Source of the DNA: Oscillospiraceae bacterium
GTDB lineage: Bacteria > Bacillota > Clostridia > Oscillospirales > UBA929
Direction of reading: 5' to 3'
Length of the DNA: 47,024 nucleotides
NCBI GenBank assembly: GCA_031255175.1
Contig: JAIRTA010000091.1
Coordinates: 1 to 47,024, forward strand
The notes below the pieces were generated by a model that saw nothing but the letters and a program-made list of their open reading frames with translations, searched no databases and had not been told where the DNA came from. A program made the position numbers and the translations under genes. Shown one piece after another: positions 42,494 through 47,024 of this stretch; position 1 is the stretch's first letter; each line of letters starts with the position of its first letter.

Positions 42494-43257
42494 GTGAGCA
42501 GCGCACTCAAAACTTTTGCCATCTCCTGCCGGGTGATGGAAGATTTAGGCCGAAAGTTGACGCCGTTGCCCACCATAATGCCCTCGTGAAACACGGCGGC
42601 GATGTAGGGCCGGTACGCGGCGGCGGCGTATGTGATGTCCCCGACGGTGAAGGCCCCGGCCGCCGAGGCATCCTGCGCGGCCTTCGTATCGAGCGCGTAG
42701 AGCCGCGCGACGGCGGCGGCCACCTCCTCACGGGTGGCGGCTTGCTGCGGCCGCAACGTGCCGCCGGCCGCGTCCAGCAGGCCCGCCTCCGCCGCGTAGA
42801 CGGCGGCGTCCCGGTACCAGGCCTCCTCCGGCACGTCTGTGAGCGCAACGGGGTTTCGCGTCAGCGTCCCGTCGAGGCGGGAGAGGATCGTGGCCAGTTC
42901 CGCCCGCGTCACCGGAGCCAGCGGCCGGAAGCGGCCTCCGGATCCGATCAAAAGACCCGCCTCATGGGCGGCCAAGACCGGGCGCAGCGCCCACTCGGCA
43001 ATCTGCCCCGCGTCGCCGTAGAGGCCGGCCAGCGCCGCCCCCGGGTCCGGAACCGGCTCCGGAACCGGATCCGGGTCCGTCGCCTGCGTCTCTGTCTCCG
43101 CCTCTGTGCCCGGCGCGGCCGTTCCCTCCGCCGGTTCCCCGGCCGTCACGGCGCCGGCCGCCGGGCCGGGGTCCGGCGTCATCCGCGCCACAGGCGCGCA
43201 GACGCACAAAAATGCCGCCGCGCTCAACAGCGCGGCCCATCGGCATACAAATTTCAA
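42490..43257 (-). CDS. Secreted protein with three SLH-like repeats
   Basis: 255 aa from the TTG at 43257, 7 nt after GGAGGAGG. Signal peptide (M)KFVCRWAALLSAAAFLCVCAPVA, then a Pro/Glu/Thr-rich linker. Three repeats of the SLH pattern follow (D...WA/Y....A...GL..G.....RP....TR.E.A). The track's 380-aa version runs through a terminator. Confidence 0.75.
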   Translation of the reverse strand: MKFVCRWAALLSAAAFLCVCAPVARMTPDPGPAAGAVTAGEPAEGTAAPGTEAETETQATDPDPVPEPVPDPGAALAGLYGDAGQIAEWALRPVLAAHEAGLLIGSGGRFRPLAPVTRAELATILSRLDGTLTRNPVALTDVPEEAWYRDAAVYAAEAGLLDAAGGTLRPQQAATREEVAAAVARLYALDTKAAQDASAAGAFTVGDITYAAAAYRPYIAAVFHEGIMVGNGVNFRPKSSITRQEMAKVLSALLT

Positions 43258-43577
43258 ACAAAAACCTCCTCCGGTGCGCTGTGTCATCCAAATCATGACC
43301 AAACGCACGCATATGCCGGCGGCCTTGCGCAATCCGCCGAAATCGCGTTTTGCTCCGCCGTCTGAGCGAACGGCGCATGTGGCCGCGTCCGCCATGCGGC
43401 CTCTCCCATCTCCCGTTCTATAATATAGCCGCTCGGTTCGTTTTGTCAAGTCGGACGCGCGGTCCGCGACCGTCAGAAGTCCCGCCCACCGCCGCCCGGC
43501 CGTCGATTGCGCGCGGTATTTCGCCTCCCCCGCTCTTCGCGGTGTTTCGCCCCGCGCGTCACGGGGCCGCCGCGCAT

Positions 43578-43618
43578 AAAAAAAGTCCGCAAACCCTGTG
43601 ATTTCAAGGTTTGCGGAC
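43578..43618 (-). terminator. Intrinsic terminator after cheV
   Basis: 11-bp stem GTCCGCAAACC / GGTTTGCGGAC with a 12-nt loop. On the minus strand it is followed by T7 (plus A-run 43578-43584). Confidence 0.85.
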
Positions 43619-43654
43619 CCGTTTATCTGCAAAAACCCGCCGTGTCGCCGGTTT

Positions 43655-44575
43655 TTAGAGGATCCAATCGTCCACGGTGGCGACGAGTTTGCCGATCTCC
43701 GGTTTGGAGAGCTGCGCGTTCGCGCCCAGTTCCTCCCCTTTGACCCGCATGGCCTCGTCGATGAGAGACGAGAAGATGATGACCGGGATCTTGCTCAGTT
43801 CGCCGTCTTCTTTGATGAGCTTCGTGAGCCGGTGCCCGTCCATTTTGGGCATCTCGATGTCGGTGATCACGCAGCTCACTTTCGACTCGATGGAGCCGTC
43901 CTGGCCTTTCAGCGATTGCAGCGCGTCCCAGGCCTCCTGGCCGTTGGCGAAGGCCATAACATTTGAGTATCCCGCCGTGTCCAGCGCCTCCAGCATCATC
44001 TTTTGCAGCAGCGTCGAGTCCTCGGCCATGACGATCGGTTTCTCGCTGCGCTCCCGCGGGCCCAGCCGCTGGATCTCCGTCATCTGGATGCCGGATTGGG
44101 GGCTGATGTCAAACACAATCTTCTCAAAGTCGATGATGGTGATCAGCCGGTCGTGGAACTTGGCAATGCCGGTGGCGAGCCCTTCCTGGCCGCCGTAGAT
44201 GGTGCTGTCCGGCTTTTCAATCTCGTTCCACGAGATACGGTGGATCCCCTCGACCGTGTGGACGTGGAAGGCCACGTTCATCTTGTTGAAGTTTGTGATG
44301 ATAAACATGTCCCGCTCGAAGTCGTCGCGGTGCGGCAGCTTCATGTAAGAGGCGAGATCGATCACCGTGATGATCATGTTGCGCGGCTTGAAGACGCCCT
44401 CCACATCCGGATGCGAATTCGGCATGGGCTTGACGGGCGCATACTTCATGATCTCCGTGACCTTGGCCACATTGATTCCAAAGATGTTGCCGGCGATGGT
44501 GAATTCCATGATCTCCAACTCGTTGGTCCCGCTCTCCAGCAGGATCTCTGTACTGGTGGGCGCTGTCTGTGCCAA
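43655..44575 (-). CDS. cheV: Chemotaxis coupling protein CheV (CheW domain plus receiver)
   Basis: 306 aa with an N-terminal CheW-like domain (ELEIMEFTIAGNIFGINVAKV) and a C-terminal REC domain with the phospho-acceptor context VITDIEMPKMDG. TTG start at 44575, 8 nt after GAGGAGG. Confidence 0.88.
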   Translation of the reverse strand: MAQTAPTSTEILLESGTNELEIMEFTIAGNIFGINVAKVTEIMKYAPVKPMPNSHPDVEGVFKPRNMIITVIDLASYMKLPHRDDFERDMFIITNFNKMNVAFHVHTVEGIHRISWNEIEKPDSTIYGGQEGLATGIAKFHDRLITIIDFEKIVFDISPQSGIQMTEIQRLGPRERSEKPIVMAEDSTLLQKMMLEALDTAGYSNVMAFANGQEAWDALQSLKGQDGSIESKVSCVITDIEMPKMDGHRLTKLIKEDGELSKIPVIIFSSLIDEAMRVKGEELGANAQLSKPEIGKLVATVDDWIL

Positions 44576-44624
44576 ATCCCTCGCCTCCTCAGCGTGTCGT
44601 CCCGCCGACAGCGCGCCTTTACAC

Positions 44625-44657
44625 CACTATATCTTGTGGTTTCCACAAGATATAGTG
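44625..44657. promoter_or_regulatory. Perfect 15-bp inverted repeat upstream of cheV
   Basis: CACTATATCTTGTGG-TTT-CCACAAGATATAGTG, centred about 66 nt upstream of the cheV start. AT-rich in a GC-rich intergenic region. Confidence 0.6.
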
Positions 44658-44727
44658 TGCCGCCGCGCGGGACACTATCGGCCTCATATCAACCTTTATA
44701 TCGGTAGATTGCCCGGTTTCCTTTAGC

Positions 44728-44769
44728 AAAAAAGGCTGCCGCAACAGGGTTTTCCCCGCCGCGGCAGCC
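44728..44769 (-). terminator. Intrinsic terminator after the PLP enzyme gene
   Basis: GGCTGCCGC ... GCGGCAGCC (9-bp stem, 18-nt loop). On the minus strand it is followed by T6 (plus A-run 44728-44733). Confidence 0.75.
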
Positions 44770-44791
44770 CACCGGTCCGATTGGGCCCAGG

Positions 44792-46018
44792 TTATGCATG
44801 TTCCGCCGGCGCGCGCGCCGCGGCCACTTCCTCCTCGGAGATCGGGAACTCCCGCAGCAGCACGTGTTCGAACTGCTCCAGCGCGTGGTCAAGCTGTTCC
44901 TGCGTGTGCGTGGCGGTGTAACTGGTGCGCAGGATCGCCTCGCCCGCGGGAACGGCGGGCGACACCACCGGGTTCACGTACACCCCGCGCTCCAGCAGCG
45001 CGCGCGTGACGCGGAAGGTGCGCTCGTCGAAATATGTCAAAATCGGAATGATGGGCGCCACCGAGTCGCCGATGGGCAGCCCCAGGCGGCTCAGCTCCCG
45101 GCGCATGTAATCCGCATTTTGATTGAGACGGGCCACACGTTCCGGCTCCGCCTGCAAAATCCGCAGCGCCTCAATCACGGCGCCCACATTGGGCGGCGGC
45201 ATGGAGGCGCTGAAGATGAACGGCCGGGAGTGGTGCTTCAAATATTCTATCACTTTGGTCTCGCCGGCCACAAAACCGCCGAGGCTGGCAAATGACTTGC
45301 TGAACGTGCCCATGTACAGGTCGATCTCGTCCATGAGGCCAAAATGCTCTCCGCAGCCCCGCCCCGTCTTGCCCATGACGCCGGCGCCGTGGGAATCGTC
45401 CACGAGAATCCGCGCCCCATACCGGCGGGCCAGCCGCACGATGTTCGGCAGATCGGCCAGGTCGCCCTCCATCGAGAAGACGCCGTCCACAACAATCATC
45501 TTCCCCCTGTCCTCCGGGCAGCGGGCAAGCAGCTCCTCGAGCTCCTCCATGTTGTTGTGGCGGTACTTGAGCGTCTTGCCAAAGCTGAGCCGCGCGCCGT
45601 CGACCAGGGAGGCGTGATTCATCCTGTCGAAATAGAGGTTGTCGTGGTATGAGCAGATACCGGCCAGGATGCCGAGATTTGTCTGGAACCCGGTGGAAAA
45701 ACTGACCGCCGCCTCCTTGCCGAAGAATTCGGCAAGCTGCCGCTCCATCTCGTTGTGGAGCGAGAGCGTCCCGTTGAGGTAGCGGGACCCGGAGCAGCCG
45801 GACCCAAAGGTGTCCAGCGCCGCCTGCGCGGCCGCGATGACCCTGTCGTCGCTGGTGAGGCCCAGATAGTTGTTGGACCCGAGCATCACGGTGCGCCGAC
45901 CGTACATCATCACCTCGGCGTGCTGGCGCGACGTGATCTCATGGAAAAAGGGATACAGCCCGGCGGCTTTCGTCTCCTCGGCGCGGGTGAATTCGAAACA
46001 CTTTTGAAAAATATCCAT
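44792..46018 (-). CDS. Alpha-oxoamine synthase family PLP enzyme (BioF/KBL/serine palmitoyltransferase-like)
   Basis: 408 aa with LGSNNYLGL, DDSHGAG and the PLP-lysine context GTFSKSFASLGG. The specific substrate cannot be decided from sequence alone. RBS AAGGAGGA. Confidence 0.8.
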   Translation of the reverse strand: MDIFQKCFEFTRAEETKAAGLYPFFHEITSRQHAEVMMYGRRTVMLGSNNYLGLTSDDRVIAAAQAALDTFGSGCSGSRYLNGTLSLHNEMERQLAEFFGKEAAVSFSTGFQTNLGILAGICSYHDNLYFDRMNHASLVDGARLSFGKTLKYRHNNMEELEELLARCPEDRGKMIVVDGVFSMEGDLADLPNIVRLARRYGARILVDDSHGAGVMGKTGRGCGEHFGLMDEIDLYMGTFSKSFASLGGFVAGETKVIEYLKHHSRPFIFSASMPPPNVGAVIEALRILQAEPERVARLNQNADYMRRELSRLGLPIGDSVAPIIPILTYFDERTFRVTRALLERGVYVNPVVSPAVPAGEAILRTSYTATHTQEQLDHALEQFEHVLLREFPISEEEVAAARAPAEHA

Positions 46019-46042
46019 TTTCTTCCTCCTTCTCTGCCACTG

Positions 46043-46834
46043 TCAAACCCGTCCTGCCATCTCCAAAATATGCAGCGCGTTTTTCTCATAGATCAGCTCC
46101 AATTCCCGGTCGGACAGCCCCAGCGCGTCCACGCGCCGTTTCTCTTCGCCCGGGTCCCACATCGGGTAATCCGAACCGAAGAGGATCCGCTCGGCCCCAT
46201 ACATCCGAATCAGCTCCGCGGCGCGCCGCGGCCCCAAAAACATGATGGAACTCGAGACGTCGAGATAACAGGGCCGGTTGCACAAATACTCCCACGCGAG
46301 ATCAAACAGCGACCAGCCTCCAAAATGGGCGGCGATCACGGTGAGCCTCGGAAACAGATCCAGCACCTTCGCGAGACGCGCCGGGTTGGAATAGTCGTAG
46401 CGGTAGTCTCCGCAGTGCAACAGCAGCGGCATCCGCCCCTGGATCATGTCGTAGATCCCGTACATGCCCTCGTCGTCGATGCGAAAGCGCTGCATGTCGG
46501 GGTGCAGTTTGATCCCCCTCAGCCCGAGGGAAAGGATCCGCGCGATCTCGTCCTCCGGGTGTTCCATGTCCCCATGAAGGGTGCCGAAGCCAGTGAGTTG
46601 CGGGTTGGCCCGGCAGGTCTCCGCCGTGAAGTTGTTGATGCTCTCCACCTGAGCCGGGACACCTGCCACCGGCAGAATCACAAATCTGTCCACCCCACCC
46701 CGGCGCCCGCACGCCAGCAGGTCTTCCACCGTGCCGCCGCCCTGAACCGTGATGGTATAAAACTTGGCCACACTGTCGATCGCCTTGCCGGCCACTTTGT
46801 CCGGATAGACGTGCGTGTGAAAATCAATGACCAT
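46043..46834 (-). CDS. Amidohydrolase-2-type TIM-barrel metal-dependent hydrolase
   Basis: 263 aa from MVIDFHTHVYPDK (HxH metal motif), with later HCGD and AHFGG motifs. Start trimmed from the track's 46885. Confidence 0.75.
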   Translation of the reverse strand: MVIDFHTHVYPDKVAGKAIDSVAKFYTITVQGGGTVEDLLACGRRGGVDRFVILPVAGVPAQVESINNFTAETCRANPQLTGFGTLHGDMEHPEDEIARILSLGLRGIKLHPDMQRFRIDDEGMYGIYDMIQGRMPLLLHCGDYRYDYSNPARLAKVLDLFPRLTVIAAHFGGWSLFDLAWEYLCNRPCYLDVSSSIMFLGPRRAAELIRMYGAERILFGSDYPMWDPGEEKRRVDALGLSDRELELIYEKNALHILEMAGRV

Positions 46835-46893
46835 ACCGCTGTTTCTTCTCTCCCATCCCCGCTCCCCGCGCAAAGCCGGGGGCAATTTGAGTC

Positions 46894-46922
46894 ATTATAT
46901 CACGCCTTTCATCAAAAGTCGA
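46894..46922 (-). promoter_or_regulatory. Candidate promoter of the amidohydrolase/PLP-enzyme operon
   Basis: Minus strand: TCGACT (46922-46917), 17 nt including the extended TG, TATAAT (46899-46894). Confidence 0.45.
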
Positions 46923-47024
46923 ACAAAAAGTGCAGCGGTTCCCAATTGCTTGTTAACGCGCGCCATGTGGGCGCGCATGCCGCCGGGGTTGGAATCCGCC
47001 CTGCGGTGTCGTCCGCGGAGACGC

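Overview
High-GC (about 60-70% in the 60-nt lines I counted) Clostridia-type chromosomal window, mostly ordinary housekeeping genes. From 1.6 to 15.9 kb, the minus strand carries a block that (from memory) is colinear with the B. subtilis yloC-remA-gmk-rpoZ-priA-def-fmt-rsmB-rlmN-prpC-prkC-rsgA-thiN-spoVM region. Here coaBC and rpe are absent and a zinc metallopeptidase gene is added. Next on the minus strand come an RseC-like/DUF5685-like/J-domain operon, cdaA-cdaR, a HemZ-like radical SAM gene, an MBL hydrolase, rel and recJ. The plus strand then carries murD, three M42 peptidase paralogs (the third has lost its metal ligands), a Pro-rich repeat membrane protein, lgt, spoVT, RNase P RNA, a family-4 UDG and an orphan P-loop ATPase. 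The stand-out is an AT-rich island of about 3.9 kb (about 37.7-41.5 kb; 35-43% G+C in counted lines). It holds two overlapping minus-strand genes. One encodes an 871-aa PHP phosphoesterase fused to a Rad50/SbcC-like coiled-coil ABC ATPase. The other encodes a 384-aa AlbA_2/Schlafen-like plus GHKL-like protein. This pair is my best candidate for an undescribed nucleic-acid-targeting (defence) module. After it come EamA, an SLH protein, cheV, an alpha-oxoamine-synthase-type PLP enzyme and an amidohydrolase. The left end carries a PIN/Phd toxin-antitoxin pair with a textbook operator-promoter, a 67-bp tandem repeat and a long unassigned leader RNA. Several intergenic regions hold unusual short tandem arrays (TTGAYAA heptamers, a 12-mer, a 14-mer, an 8-mer) and long hairpins. 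Many long ORFs in the six-frame track are antisense or out-of-frame shadows of real genes, as expected for high-GC DNA. Many track N-termini were trimmed to the start codon that has a ribosome-binding site.
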